Shown here piece by piece: positions 1 to 14,585 of a stretch of 64,000 nucleotides of DNA; the first letter of the stretch is position 1, and each line of letters begins with the position of its first letter. The stretch spans positions 63,860,001 to 63,924,000 of the forward strand of contig NC_043002.1 of assembly GCF_006345805.1 (NCBI RefSeq), written 5' to 3'. The notes beneath the pieces were generated by a model. The model ran no database searches and had not been told where the DNA came from. It saw only the letters and a program-made list of their open reading frames with translations. This DNA comes from Octopus sinensis. Its lineage: Eukaryota. The position numbers and the translations under genes are program-made.

Positions 1-743
1 GAACTCAATGACAATCAAATACTGCAACGTTTGGAAACCTGAAAAAATGAATCATTTTTGAATCGAATTTTAACATGTGATGAGAAATGGATCCAATAAA
101 ATAACCGTAAAGGTTCAAAACAATGGTTGGAAACATATCGCTCAATGGCTGAACAAATATGAGCCACCAGAACACAGTCCAAAAAGCAAACTTCATCAAA
201 GGAAGCTGCGATGTGTTTTGTGGTCTGGCGCAGGTGTGATCCATTATGATTTCATTAAACCTGGCTCATCAATCACGCCCGAAGTATACTGCAGCCAACT
301 GGAGCAAAGGATGCAGCAACGTACAAAGAAACACCCTATATTAGTCAACACATCCATTCCTATTTTATTGCAAGACAACGCCAGCCCACACATCGCAAAA
401 ATGACATTGGCGAAACTACAGGAATTGGAGTTGGAAGTTCTCCATCGTCCTCCATACTTACCTGACATTGCCCTCACTGACTAGCACTTCTTCCAGAATT
501 AGGAAAACATTTCGATAGGAAAATAAAGTAATTCCGACGAAGCTGAAAAACAGGCCTTCCAAGATTTTATTGACTCTAGAATGTCAGGCTTTTACAGTTC
601 CGGGCTGGACAAGCTACCGCTGAAATGGCAAAAGTATATTGACAATATGGGTACATACTTTGATGAATAAAACTATTCATTGTATTTATAATATTATAGC
701 AGACTTTATTTTATTTTCTACAAATTTCATACTTGACAACCTA
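1..743 (+). mobile_element. Decayed mariner (DD34D) transposase, 3' part; the 5' end lies outside the window
   Basis: TCDEKW at ~73-90. ORF 77-484 contains LQDNASPH and HRPPYLPDIALTD*HFF (mariner YSPDLAP motif). The downstream frame ends KLPLKWQKYIDNMGTYFDE* at ~670. Stops and frameshifts are present. A possible right TIR end lies near 742. Confidence 0.9.
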
Positions 744-1437
744 TTAATTTATGTATTTATAATTACCTACACTGACATATATATTTACATAATCTTGAGA
801 GTTCATATAGGAACGTACGTATATACGCAGGATTATGTGAGGACGCGAAAATTTTATTTGTATTATGGGAAACATTTTTTATTTCTATTGCACTGTCTCG
901 AAATATACTGGGATTCTTATCAATTTAATAAGAAATAAATACATTGAAAATGCGACCCTCTGTTTTCAAACACCTCATAAATAATTGAGTCTGTGTACAG
1001 CCATTGAACTCTCTTAAACTCATTCAAACTTTCGGTAAGTGATTAGATATAAAATTCCGGATTTCTGTTAATGGAATTCTGACTGGTTACACTTTAAATG
1101 TCCAATTTAGATTTAATACAACTTGAAATCAGGTAGGAGAATCTTCGCGTTTGGCATTTAAATTTCTACAAATCTAATGGCTCTTTACATTATCCTGATG
1201 AAAAAGCGGCTGAAGCGATTTAATTGAAAGAAATCTAATGGAATCCAAATAACATTTAAAGTGTTTTCGTTTCGGATCAGAGTCTGTGTCATCTATGAGG
1301 GGTGACTTATATGTAAGTACAAATATACATATACATGCGTATATACCTCTATAGGTATATACACACATGGTCCTATATAAGCTTTTGCGCGTGCGTGTAT
1401 GTGGGTATGAGGGTGTCTGTTTTGTATTTACGTATAC

Positions 1438-1483
<46 letters not shown>

Positions 1484-1587
1484 CTTACGAGCTACATAAA
1501 TTTTTGCGTATTTATATACCAATGTATACACATATATATATATGCATGCATATATATATATATGTACATATATGGGAATATATATTC

Positions 1588-1618
<31 letters not shown>

Positions 1619-1633
1619 ATATATTTGTATTCG

Positions 1634-1666
<33 letters not shown>

Positions 1667-1967
1667 CCCCTACACCCACTCCCACAATCCCAACCTCTAC
1701 CCCCACATTCTGCCTACCCACATACCCCAACCCCCAGCCGAACCCACACCCACCCGTTCTTTCCTCACTCTCGCTTCCCTCACCTCCCAACAACATCACA
1801 CCACACTACACCATACGACATTACACATCACATCAAAACACATCACCCACACACCAGCACTGACAAATTCCCATCACCACATTTTCACACCTTGACATAC
1901 ATACAGGCACACGTCCAAACCACCAACCCTCTCTCACACGCGCATACATACCCTGTTATAAACATAG

Positions 1968-2262
1968 GCACCTTCGTGTGGGGGGGTCATCTTTACTTTG
2001 TTATCTCCCCTACTTCTTCGCTCTCTTATGTGGCCCTTCTGACCGGCAGTCAGTCGCCATGATCGATCGTTAGCCACTACACACATTTTTTCTCTCCTTG
2101 TTACTCTCCTAGTTTATTTTGTGTCCCTTTCTGTAGAAGGGCGTTGGCTCGAAACGTAAAAGCCTTTTTCTCTTCCTGAGCGTTATACTAATACATCTGT
2201 TTCTTTTGTACACCGCCTGTCTTCGTCTTTTGTTTTTTTCGTAAACTCTCCCTGTATACTCT
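1968..2262 (+). mobile_element. Penelope-like terminal (pLTR) fragment with a decayed minimal hammerhead
   Basis: CTTT-CTGTAGA-A-GGGC(GTTG)GCTC-GAAAC-GTA-AAAG at 2127-2162. The core is mutated (CTGTAGA instead of CTGANGA). It is homologous to the motif at 14400. Confidence 0.6.
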
Positions 2263-2638
2263 TACTCTTTTACTCTTTTACTTGTTTCACTCATCTGACT
2301 GTGGCCATGCTGGAGCACCGCCTTTAATCGAGCAACTCGACCCCGGGACTTATTCTTTGTAAGCCCAGCACGTATTCTATCGGTCTGTTTTGCCGAACCG
2401 CTAAGTGACGGGGACATAAACACACCAGCATTGGTTGTCAAGCAATGCTAGGGGGACAAATAAAGACACACAAACATGCATACACACACACATATATATA
2501 TATACATATATACGACGGGCTTCTTTCAGTTTCCGTCTACCAAATCAACTCACAAGGCTTTGGTGCCACGCAGTGGGACTAAACCCGGAACCATGTGGTT
2601 GGTAAGCAAATTACTTACCACACAGCCACTCCTGCGCC
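2262..2638 (-). mobile_element. tRNA-derived SINE, family A (internally deleted copy)
   Basis: Reverse complement of the GGCGCAGGAGTGGCTGTGTGG head and the conserved tail seen at 11246-11655. Confidence 0.85.
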
Positions 2639-3195
2639 TATATATATATTACAAACTACATAAATATGTGTGTGTGTGTGTTCCTATGTACTATCTCTAC
2701 ACACATATAATGCGAGAGAAGGGAGTGTTGGTATGATAGAGAGAGAAAGGAAAATGCTAAGATTAATACAAATTCCGGCATTCCTTTACTGTTAATTATT
2801 AGTTGCATCCAAGTGCGAAGAAAACCTGTACAAAATGAGGTTGTGTTTATATGAATTGGAGTACGTTGGTTTTAAATTCTGTTTTTTTCTTTTATGAGTG
2901 GGGTTATATCAGAAACAGAAAGTGAGCTTCGGGATAAAATAAGATAAGACAAGGTGAGAGCTCAGGCTGTCACATTGTATATATTATGATATGGAGGTGT
3001 TTGGAGAGAATATAAAGATTTTTTCAACTTTTCAGTAAAAAGAAGAAAAAGAACGGTAAGAAATATATTCAATTTGATTCAGAAAACAACACATTTCCAA
3101 ACAATTGACACAAGTAATACAAACATTATCTGAAAATCTCTGTCTCTTCTTCTTCTTCTTCTTCTCTTCTTCTTCTTCTTCTCTTCTTCTTCTTC

Positions 3196-3234
<39 letters not shown>

Positions 3235-3258
3235 TATTATATTATTATATTATTATTA

Positions 3259-3361
<103 letters not shown>

Positions 3362-3390
3362 TATTATTAATATTATTATTATTATTACTA

Positions 3391-3421
<31 letters not shown>

Positions 3422-3426
3422 TATTA

Positions 3427-3465
<39 letters not shown>

Positions 3466-3471
3466 CATTAC

Positions 3472-4956
<1,485 letters not shown>

Positions 4957-4959
4957 TAT

Positions 4960-7420
4960 GTTTGACTTTAGCTTTATATTTGCACAAGCTGGCTCCAAGT
5001 CTCACCCAGAGACCTCAAGAGACAACAAGTTGGAAATTCATGTTGGTGTTATGCCTAGTCCGTTGTCTAGGGTCACAACAGGTCCTCATCTCATTGAGAG
5101 TACACAGCGTAAAATGTGTGCGGAACGTTTCAACACTATTTTTTAAAGTTTTCTCACGTTAACAGTGCACGGAAATTTGTTGAGTTGCTTATGAAGGCCC
5201 TTTTTAATTAGCCCTAGCGCTCCAATCACCACTGGTGCTGTGCTGCTTTTCATTCCCCACATCTTGGTCACTTTCTAGATTGTTGTACTTAACTACCTTC
5301 TCAACTTCTTTAATGGACACATTTCTCTCTGATAGGACTGTCACATCTATCATTAAGCATTTCTTATTCTTCCTATCTTTGATATGCCCGGCCTGTTTGC
5401 CTTGTTTTGTTTATCGGTGTTCATTGGCATGTCACAGAGTACTGCTACATTATCTTTTCCTAAGACGGTTTCAAGTTTATGCTGGTACCATATTTCTGAA
5501 GTTGGAAGCTGGTAGTGTTTACATATCTTCCAATTGCTCTACTCTATCGTGTATATGAATATATTCGGTTTTTGCAAGCGCTGTGCATCCAGTTAAGATG
5601 TGGTCCACTGTTTCATTCTGCTCAGGACACAGTCTGCAGTTCGGGGTAGTACCATCGTTCATTATTTTGTTGTGGTAAGCCCTGGTTGCCAAGCTTTGGT
5701 CTTGTGCTGCTATGATAAAACCTTCAGTTTCAGCCTTCAGTCCTGAGCTCTTCATCCATACATGAGCGTCTCGTTTTTCTGCATCTTGTTTGTTCACTTT
5801 AAATGGGTTTCTGCCATGCATCGGTTTTTCTAGCCGTTTTTCTTTACTCTTCTTCTGGACTTATTTTTAATCATCTCTTCTTTAACTCTTTTAGCAAACT
5901 GAGTTACTTTCTCACTCGCCTTCATCCTAGGTTCCTCCGTCATCAGTTGTTTCTTAAACTGTACAGAATCTTAGTATATTGAGTATAGCTTCTTTAATTT
6001 ATCATGCTGGTGCGCAAGCTTCATTAGAGGACCTTTAGACAGCTCAAGATATGTATTTAATCCTACAGTGGTGGTTTTGTAAGATGATTCTAGTTGAGTT
6101 AGTCCTCTTCCGCCCAAGCTTTTCGGTAAACGATTCATTCGAGCCATGGTTACTTGTTATCTGGTCTTGGAGTCTAGCTTCTTTATTTTACTCATTTACA
6201 GTTGATTATGTTGAAACTGTAAGCTACGACTGGTACTGCAAGAGTGTTAATGGCTTCTATTTTGTCTACAGCGCTGAGTTCAGTCTTTGTTACTAACCGT
6301 ATTCTCCTGTAGTACTCATTGCTGAATGTTTTATACAGCTACCATCGTCTATGCCAAGGTATTTATATGCTTGTTCCTGGTCCAGTGCTCGGATTTTTGC
6401 TTCTGTATCTACGTGAATATCCGCAGAACACGCCACTTTGCCTCTTATGGAAGTGGCTTTCGCGCATTTCTGTAGTCCAAACTGCATCCTGATATCATCA
6501 CTGAACTTTTTAACATAGCAAGTAGACCTTCTTGTTGTTCGTCATTTTTTAGTACATTTTCAGATCATCCATTTAAAACAAATGATTCCCTTTTTTCTTC
6601 TTGATCTCATATCCATACCCGGTTTTGTTGAGCATGGTACTTAATGGTACTAGTGCCAAGCAGAATATTAAGGGTGGCAGCGAGTTACCTTAGAAGATAT
6701 CGCTTTTGATTTTGATTGGTCTGCTTGTTATTGATCAACTGGAATGGTTCAGCGTCAACGTAGTTTTCCATGTATTCATGCTGCGTTTCATAAACTTGGT
6801 GAGAATTGGGGATACTTTGTATAATTCCATCACTTTCAGAATCCATGAGTGAGCTACACTATCGAACGTCTTTTCATAATAGATCCATCATGTGCCCAGG
6901 TTCGTTTTCCTGGTTTTGCAGTCTTGAAGGATAATTTTGTTTATCAAAAATTGGTCCTTGCCTCCGTAGCTCCCTCTTCGACAACCTTTTTGTTTTAGTC
7001 GTAATAGGTTGTTTTCTTCTAGGAATGTGTGAGTTCTTTCAGTAATTGCAGGTGTTACTATTTTATACATTGTTGGTAGACATGTAATTGGTCTATAGTT
7101 CTTTGTGTTTCCGGTGTCATTTGTTTTTGGTATTAGGCATGTCATTCCTTCTGTCAACCAGTTTGGGCTATTTTCTGGGCTTTTCATGACTTCGTTGCAT
7201 ACATATCTCCATGTATATCAACTAGCTGTTTGATCCAGATGTTTGGTACTCGATCTATTCCCGGTGACTTCCAATTGCTTGCTTTTTCAGTGCTAGGGAT
7301 ACCTCCTCCTTTTGAATATATTCCCATTCCTGTATTTCTTTATTTTCCAGGAGTGGTTCTTGTTCCTTAATCCATTCTGCATCTTCATTACGTTCTTTTT
7401 CATTTTCATTTTGCCCAATA
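4960..7420 (-). mobile_element. R4/Dong-type (RLE-class) non-LTR retrotransposon, decayed RT + CCHC + REL
   Basis: ORF 6888-7187 contains NYRPITCLPTMYK...QKGCRRGSYG (RT). ORF 6293-6487 contains FGLQKCA...YKYLG. ORF 5519-5821 contains AAQDQSLATR..CRLC..ETVDHILTGC (zinc knuckle). The 3' end abuts (ATT)n at ~4845-4955. Confidence 0.9.
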
Positions 7421-7830
7421 AGGTTGCTTTTTGCAACACATTTCTTGATACCCATTGGTATCACTTTTACATTACCATCTCGCATTCTATACAATCTTGC
7501 CGTTTCCACTTTCAATTCAGAGTATTTGGTGATATTTTCAACATTGTTTTCGTTATTTATTCCTCTTATTTTGCATATGCGAATTGCAGGGTTGTGTCGT
7601 ATGTGGAGCACCCATTTGTTGAAAATAGAAATAAATAATCATGTCATTTGGTATAGCTACATCAATGATCTGAAAGTATTTGTCTCTTTTACTCAATACG
7701 ACAATATCCGACCGATGATATTTGATTAGATGATCAGCTTGAAAATCATAGTCTCAGAGTATCGTTACTTTTCCATCCTCCTGCATCATTTTATTTGGTA
7801 CATGCTCCTAAATTTTCGCGTCATTACCGT
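7420..7830 (-). mobile_element. Second R4/Dong-type REL endonuclease fragment, interrupted by a ~90-bp repeat
   Basis: KITKYSELKVETARLYRMR..VKVIPMGI is homologous to ORF 21094-21534. The insert at 7547-7636 recurs at 9612-9699. Confidence 0.7.
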
Positions 7831-8029
7831 TATTATCATTCTTCTTCTTCTTCTTCTTCTTCTTCTTCTTCTTCTTCTTCTTCTTCTTCTTCTTCTTCTT
7901 CTTCTTCTTCTTCTTCTTCTTCTTCTTCTTCTTCTTCTTCTTCTTCTTCTTCTTCTTTTTTTCTTCTTCTTCTTCTTTATGTTGTTGCTCCTGAGGTTGT
8001 TGTTGTTGTTGTTGTTGTTATTATTATTA

Positions 8030-8088
<59 letters not shown>

Positions 8089-8104
8089 TTCTCTTTTTTA
8101 TCAC

Positions 8105-9590
8105 AGGTTTCGTTGAAGCCCTGGAGACTTGCGTGTGTAGCAGGCTTACTGCCTGCAGCCTACGGTACCATGCTGTTTGTTCTTTTCATCTATCTAATAC
8201 TTTCCTGATTATTCTGGCTCGGCAAAGAAGACAAAACTTTTCATTTTGCTGGCAAAACACACGCTTTATAAACACTGATATTTGTCCGCAGGGAAATTCC
8301 TCTACGCATACTCGCCTTTTAAGCTTTCCTATTGCAACAATTCCCTCTCCTATTTGATAGTATTTCTTTGTATCAAGATCGCCAAATCCCGACAATGTGT
8401 TTCCAAGATAAACAAAGGTGTCAACGACTTCTAGCTTTGTTCCGTTCAAAAATGTTTGGGTCGGAATATAATTGTCCAAGCACGGGAGTAAACATTAATG
8501 TGAGTCCCAAATGCACACATGCAGTAAAAAATATTTCCATCAAATGTCGCATCCCCCCTTCTAAGTGTGCCAACAAATCAGCATCATAAGCAGAATGTAA
8601 TTCTCTAACAAGTATTTTGAAAGTCTTTGCTTTGCAGTTAAAGCGGGCCAGGTGAAAAATGGGACAAGTTGTCCGAAATCTGATTCTGATACCCCTGTTG
8701 CTATCCTTGAAAGCATATCAATACAATGCAATAAATTAAATACAGAAAAGTGTAGCGGCACGAATATCTTCCTGTTTGAACCCGTTGTCCACCGACAATT
8801 CGTGGGCTCACCCCTAAAGACGACGTGAGCTTTCATATTTTGTGAATTTCCTTAAAGATGCTCAAAACATGTGTTGGGAACCTAGTTTACACAAAACAAT
8901 CCACAGTGCCTCCCTGTTTACCGTCTCAAATGCCTTAGTTAAATCTATGAAAACTGGTATAGTGGTATTTGTTCTTGTAAGCATTTTCCCTGAACCTACC
9001 TCACAGAAAATATCATGTCCATGATATACTGATCCTCGCTCATGTCTGAAACCATAGCATTCTTCAGGAATCATATCTGACAACACATTCTCAGCAAGAC
9101 GATTTAACATGATCCTTGAAAGTATCTTCCCCGTATGTGCCTGGATATTTATCTCTCTAGAATTACCACACTGTTTTTGGACCCTTAACATTGTATCCAG
9201 ATATTAAAATTCCGTTTATCCATTCTTGTGGCTCAGAAGATTCATTCCAAACTCGAGTTGTCAGGCTATGAATTTCAGATTAAATATGATCCCCACCTGC
9301 TTCCAGAATTTCAACTGGAACACTATCCAATCTAGATGCTTTACCTGATCTCAGTTTACATAATGCCAGATTTACTTCTTGATTGGAAGGTGTATCGTTC
9401 ATGTGTTGCACTATTTCTCCTTGCAGAATGTTGTTTATGATATCCATATTCACTACCGACGGATTGTGGAAAAAAATCTGCAAAGTGTTCTTTCCATTTA
9501 TTCATTATACCAGGAGGATTTTTGATAACTTCATTTCGATCTTTTACTTCAAGGGAGGTATTTTCTTACTTCTGATCTAGAAACATGTTC
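8105..9590 (-). mobile_element. RTE (BovB-like) LINE reverse transcriptase fragments
   Basis: GKILSRIMLNRL..ECYGFR...FIDLTKAFETVNREALWIVLCKLG (8862-9191), LEVVDTFVYLGNTLS (8186-8479) and LRSGKASRLDSVPVEIL (9280-9483). Confidence 0.85.
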
Positions 9591-9921
9591 GCTATTAACG
9601 GTAAGGCATTATTTTCGTTATTTATTTCTCCTATTTTGCATATGTGAATTGCAGGGTTATGTCGTATGTGGAGCCCCATTTGTAGAAAATAGAAATAAAC
9701 AGTCTCTGATTGCAATTTCTAATTCTTTCGGTATGCGGCAAAGCAACATGTTGCCTGCCCTTCTACTTATATACAATATATACTGAACTTCACAGAAGTT
9801 CCCACCGCTAATGTTCATATTTACCTACCGAAATCTACCGGTAAATAATTGTTGGTTGCCTGAAAAACCATCGAAGAAAATATTTACTCTTATTATTATT
9901 ATTATATATATATATAATATA

Positions 9922-9986
<65 letters not shown>

Positions 9987-10029
9987 TGTATGTTGTATGT
10001 ATGCATATGTTTGTGTCTCTGTTTTTATC

Positions 10030-10190
10030 TCCAACATCACTTAGCAACAGATGTTGGTGTGTTTACGTCCCCGTAAGTTGGCGGCTCGGAAAAGAGAACG
10101 ACAGAATAAGTACTAAGCTTACAAAGAATAAGTTCGAGAGAATGCAGTGCCCCAGCATGGCCGCAGTCAAAGTACTGAGACAAATAAAAG
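10030..10190 (+). mobile_element. SINE family A tail fragment
   Basis: Matches the 3' half of 11246-11655 (GTCCCCGTAA...GATAGAATAAGTAC...CAGCATGGCCGCAGTC). Confidence 0.7.
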
Positions 10191-11245
10191 AATATATATA
10201 AATATATAAATACCCACACACATACGTACATATACATACACATAATGTCTGATTGCCGTTGATTACGCATGAACCCTTATTTTTCGTCCTGCAGGGTGTC
10301 CAACAATGACCCTCCTCACCAAGTAATCTTGGTGGGTTGCCAGTTTGGTGGCCGACGACCCTACATAAATATGTGTGTGTGTGTATAAATATACATACAT
10401 ACATGTATGTATGTATGTATATGTATACATATAGATACATGTGTGTATGTTTGTGTGTGTGCCTATGTGTGCGTCTCTGTGTGTGTGTGTTAATAATTTA
10501 TACGTATATTGGGCATCTTCGTCTGAACATTTGAGAATATTCATATATCAAACTTTCAGTTCCCTCAAAACTGATACTCCGCAGCGTCTGTGAGTATTCG
10601 AGTGGTCCAGGATTTTTTTCTTCACGCTATTTCTATCTAGTTAACTTTTGGCTGCGCTCGAATGTCATTGGCATGGTTCCCCTTTCCGTCTATTGTTCCT
10701 ACCTAACATCTGGGCTTGAATTCAACAGATGTATCGGTTGGCTTGCGCAGAACAGTCACTTTGGGTGTGTAAATATCTATAGTTTGCTGTTTACATTTTC
10801 AATTTCCTTTTGTGAGTTATTATAAATAGTTTGTGTTTGCTTTTTCTCTTCTAGCATGTATAAGTTGACTGTAGAGTTTGCTGATAAAACTACATTAAGA
10901 TTTACACATTAGTTCCTACAGGTTTTTCTAAACGAACACTTTGAAGGCTTTTCACTGGTTTTTATAAAACGTTTTGCAAAATGATATTTTGAAATTGATT
11001 AGAGAGAAAATATTTTTTAAGTTTCATTTTTTAACCTCATTCACACTTTCGAGTGAAGTATAAAAGGAATCTATCATACTCTCTGCAATAGAGGCAAATA
11101 GATGTTGATTTGTAGATGGTGATATGCAGGAAAAGGGCAGGTGAATAGTTATTTTTTCTCGCTGGTACACCAGTAACAATTTATACTTTTGCACGTATGC
11201 GTATATCTGCATAAATGTATGAATATAAATAACATGTAGTCAATA

Positions 11246-11655
11246 GGCGCAGGAGTGGCTGTGTAGCTTGCTTACGAACCACATGGTTCTGGGTTCAGTC
11301 CCACTGCGTGGCACCTTGGGCAAGTGTCTTCTACTATAGCCTCGGGCCGACCAAAGCCTTGTAAGTGGATTTGGTAGACGGAAACTGAAAGAAGCCCGTC
11401 GTATATATGTATGTATATATATATATATATATATATATGCGTGTGTGTGTTTGTGTATCTGTGTTTGTTCCCCTAGCATTGCTTGACAACCGATGCTGGT
11501 TTGTTTATGTCCCCGTTACTTAGCGGTTCGGCAAAAGAGAACGATAGAATAAGTACTGGGCTTACAAAAGAATAAGTCCTGAGGTCGAGTTGCTCGATTA
11601 AAGGCGGTGCTCCAACATGGCCGCAGTCAAATGACTGAAACAAGTAAAAGAGTAA
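11246..11655 (+). mobile_element. tRNA-derived SINE, family A, near full length
   Basis: Head with Pol III A-box-like TGGCTGTG.. and B-box-like GGTTCAGTCCC, an internal TA/GT microsatellite and a conserved tail. At least 6 related copies occur in the window. Confidence 0.9.
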
Positions 11656-12495
11656 TAGGAGTGGACTATGAAACAGCTGTAGCAATATGAATTTATATCT
11701 GCTTTTGCTTCAAATTCCTGGATTTAATTCATATGTTGTGTATGCGTGCTTAGAATCTATTTTGTTCCGTATGGGTGTAATTTTGTGAATGCATGGTGTT
11801 TATGTGCGTATATGCATTTGAATGCTTGATGGAACGGACAATAGGAAGAAAAATCGAAACTAACCTAATTGTAACGTTAGTTTTCGATCTATTTGTCCAA
11901 TGACACGCACAGTGGTGTGTACGTGCACATATAAACATCCACACCGCTACACACATGTCTATAGGTATATATGTATTTGTATGTGTTGTGAGTCTATGTG
12001 TGTGTGTGTATGTGCGAGTGTGTATGTGTATGGCTTTGTGACGAACAAATAAATATCACATAGTGTACGGCAGAAATTGTCGATAAAGAGAAATTAGTTC
12101 GCTTCCTGTAACGAAATGGAGATTTTGCTCTCAAGAATCAACAACTGAGAGCTAATTGACAGAGTATAACACAAAACGAAAGTAAGCGGTCTCGGAGAAA
12201 ATTGGGAGCGTGTGAGATACTTATTTGCTCAGTAGTCATCGTTATATTTGTCGGGTAATGAGAAGGAATCAGTATGCCATACTCACCTCCTGCTGCTGGT
12301 GCATGAGTTTCGTCAGCTTTCCAAATGATTACTAATTTTAACCACGACTCGTCCATAAGAGATACTCACTGTCGAAGAATATCGCTGTGACTTTATTTTT
12401 CATGCATAAACGTGTTTTCCATTTAAAAATGTTTATTGATATTTTTGGCAGTGTTTGTATATGTCTGTTTGTATATATAAACACATACATATACA

Positions 12496-12606
<111 letters not shown>

Positions 12607-12618
12607 CATATATATATA

Positions 12619-13909
12619 CGAGGGACGTTCAATAAGTAATGCCTCTGACCCACTTGCAGTTGTTTCATCCAGCTGCAATTTTGCATGTGCAATCATATAT
12701 ATCTCTATAGAGTAAGTGGAAAATTACAGCACTGAATTCATTGTGGTTTCTGATTTACAGGTGTTTGAACCGAGTCAAGTGTTAAATGGAGCCTGTTGAG
12801 TGTCGAGCAGTGATCCGGTTTTAGTATTTGAAAGGACGCACACCACGGGAGACTTTTGATGAAATGAAAGTAACTTATGGCGACGATGCCCCATCATATG
12901 ACCTTGTAAAACGCTGGCATCGTGGATTCAAACATGGTCGAAACTCTGTGGAAACAGCTCCCAGATCTGGTCGCCCCCTTCTGCCAGTGATAAGGCATCT
13001 GTCCGTCAAGTTGAGGCTGCCATTTTCGAAGATCGACGCATAACTATTCGCCAAATAGCCCATGAGGTCAAGATTAGTACCGCGTCTGTGGAAACTATCA
13101 TTCATGACCATTTGAATATGCAAAAGGTATCTGCCAGATGGATTCCCAGGTTGCTCACGCCTTTCCAGAAGCAAGAACGCGTCGAGTGCTCGAGGGTGAA
13201 TTTGGTGATGTGCCAAGAAGATGAATCAAAAGTTTTCAAAAGACTGATTACACAGGATGAAACCTGGGTCCATCACTATGATCCAGAGACCAAAGCCCAG
13301 TCAATGCAGTGGAAGCACCGTGACTCACCCCCTCCAAAGAAGGCAAGGGTGCAGCCCTCCGCTGGCAAGGTCATGCTCACAGTCTTCTGGGACCAGGATG
13401 GAGTAGTGATGACAGATTTCCTGGCAAAGGGTACCACAATTGCAGGAGACTATTATGCTTCACTTTTGAGGAAATTAAGAGAAGTTATCAAAATCAAGAG
13501 GCGGGGCAAGATCAGCAAAGGCATCCTCTTCCTGCAGGACAACGCTCCGGTCCACAACTCGCTTGTCGCCAGATCAGAAGCACAGGCATATGGCTATGAA
13601 CTCCTCCCCCATACCCCTACTTTCCTGACCTTGCACCCTCTGATTTTCACCTCTTCCCAGTCATGAAGTTGTTTTTGAAAAGAAAGCGTTTCCCAGATGA
13701 TGCAGCCTTGATTTCTGAAGTCGCGTTCAGGTTGGAGCACCAAGCTGGGGTCTTCTATAAAAACGGTCTCCAGAGCTGCATCAAACAATGGTAGAAATGC
13801 GTAACCCTGGGTGGTTCCTATGTAGAAAAAGACTAATAACTGTGCCAAGTTTTGTTGCTCTACTGCTATGGAAAGTGGGTCAGGGGCATTACTTATTGAA
13901 CGCCCCTCG
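12619..13909 (+). mobile_element. Full-length (1291 bp) decayed mariner element with 37-bp TIRs, inserted in (TA)n
   Basis: The left TIR CGAGGGACGTTCAATAAGTAATGCCTCTGACCCACTT (12619-12655) matches the reverse complement of 13873-13909 with 2 mismatches. TA flanks both sides. The transposase from ~12786 carries WIPRLL, QDETW and QDNAPVH motifs but has a stop and frameshifts. Confidence 0.95.
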
Positions 13910-13939
13910 TATATATATATATATATATATATATATTAC

Positions 13940-14535
13940 GTCCTGGTTTTGTTTTGTATTTTATCCTTACCGTTTTTGTTTTTACGTTTTTGTATTCTTA
14001 TTCGTGATTTCCTTATTGTTTTCACGTATTCTGTATTTTTATTCGTGTACATCGTTCGTTTTCCGTCCTTGTGTTGTATACATTCGAAGCTTTCTTCCAA
14101 GGTATCTAATGCGCTTGGCTTAGATTTCCCTTGGGGGCTGCCCAGATCGGAGCAATCTCAAGATTAATCAGCCGAAATTGCGAAGATGATCTGGTTCTTG
14201 ACTGATGACTGAGGGCTTCGAATGTCCCGTCCTGTGGTTCTTGTGTCGTCTCCTTGGTGTTCCACGTTCTTGTCCCAGTTTGTATTTATTTTTTACTGTT
14301 TACATATGTATACACATTTATATATATATGTGACCGCGTGTGTACCGTTGGTGATTTTTTCCCTCCGTCTTCCCTTCTCTGGATCTTTCCTTTTCCTATG
14401 TTTCTGACGAAGAGCTCCGCTCGAAACGTAAAACCCTCCTTCTTCCCTTCCTTCCCGAGCGTCCAATAATACTATATTTGTTCCACGTCCTCGCGTTGTT
14501 GTGTTTTCTCTTTGTGTTTTCATGTTTGGATTAAC
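13940..14535 (+). mobile_element. Penelope-like terminal (pLTR) fragment
   Basis: T-rich repeat carrying a minimal hammerhead at 14400-14434. The 14160-14300 segment recurs on the minus strand at ~45100-45220. Confidence 0.6.
14400..14434 (+). ncRNA. Minimal PLE-type type I hammerhead ribozyme motif
   Basis: Stem I GTTT/AAAC, core CTGACGA plus an extra A, stem II GAGC(TCC)GCTC, then GAAAC-GTA. Helix III is reduced to the palindrome ACGT. Confidence 0.6.

Positions 14536-14585
<50 letters not shown>

Noticed and set aside
1367-2062. Long ORFs rich in YI, poly-I/L/Y, HT or CV repeats (also 3105, 7730, 20621, 36060, 40124, 61803 and others)
   Set aside because: They are translations of (TA)n, (ATT)n, (CA)n and (CTT)n microsatellites, not genes.
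10240-10362. Hairpin-rich segment resembling a LINE 5' UTR, considered as an HDV-like ribozyme (also 42700-42770)
   Set aside because: I could not fit the P1/P1.1/P2/P3/P4 double pseudoknot by eye; it needs a descriptor search.
12287-12368. Minus-strand exon candidate (CAG...GTGAGT)
   Set aside because: All three frames from the CAG acceptor contain a stop, and there is no supporting homology.
14188-14232. CTGATGA...GAAT...GTC hammerhead-like string (also ~45160-45200, minus strand)
   Set aside because: It has GAAT instead of GAAA and no convincing stem I or stem II.
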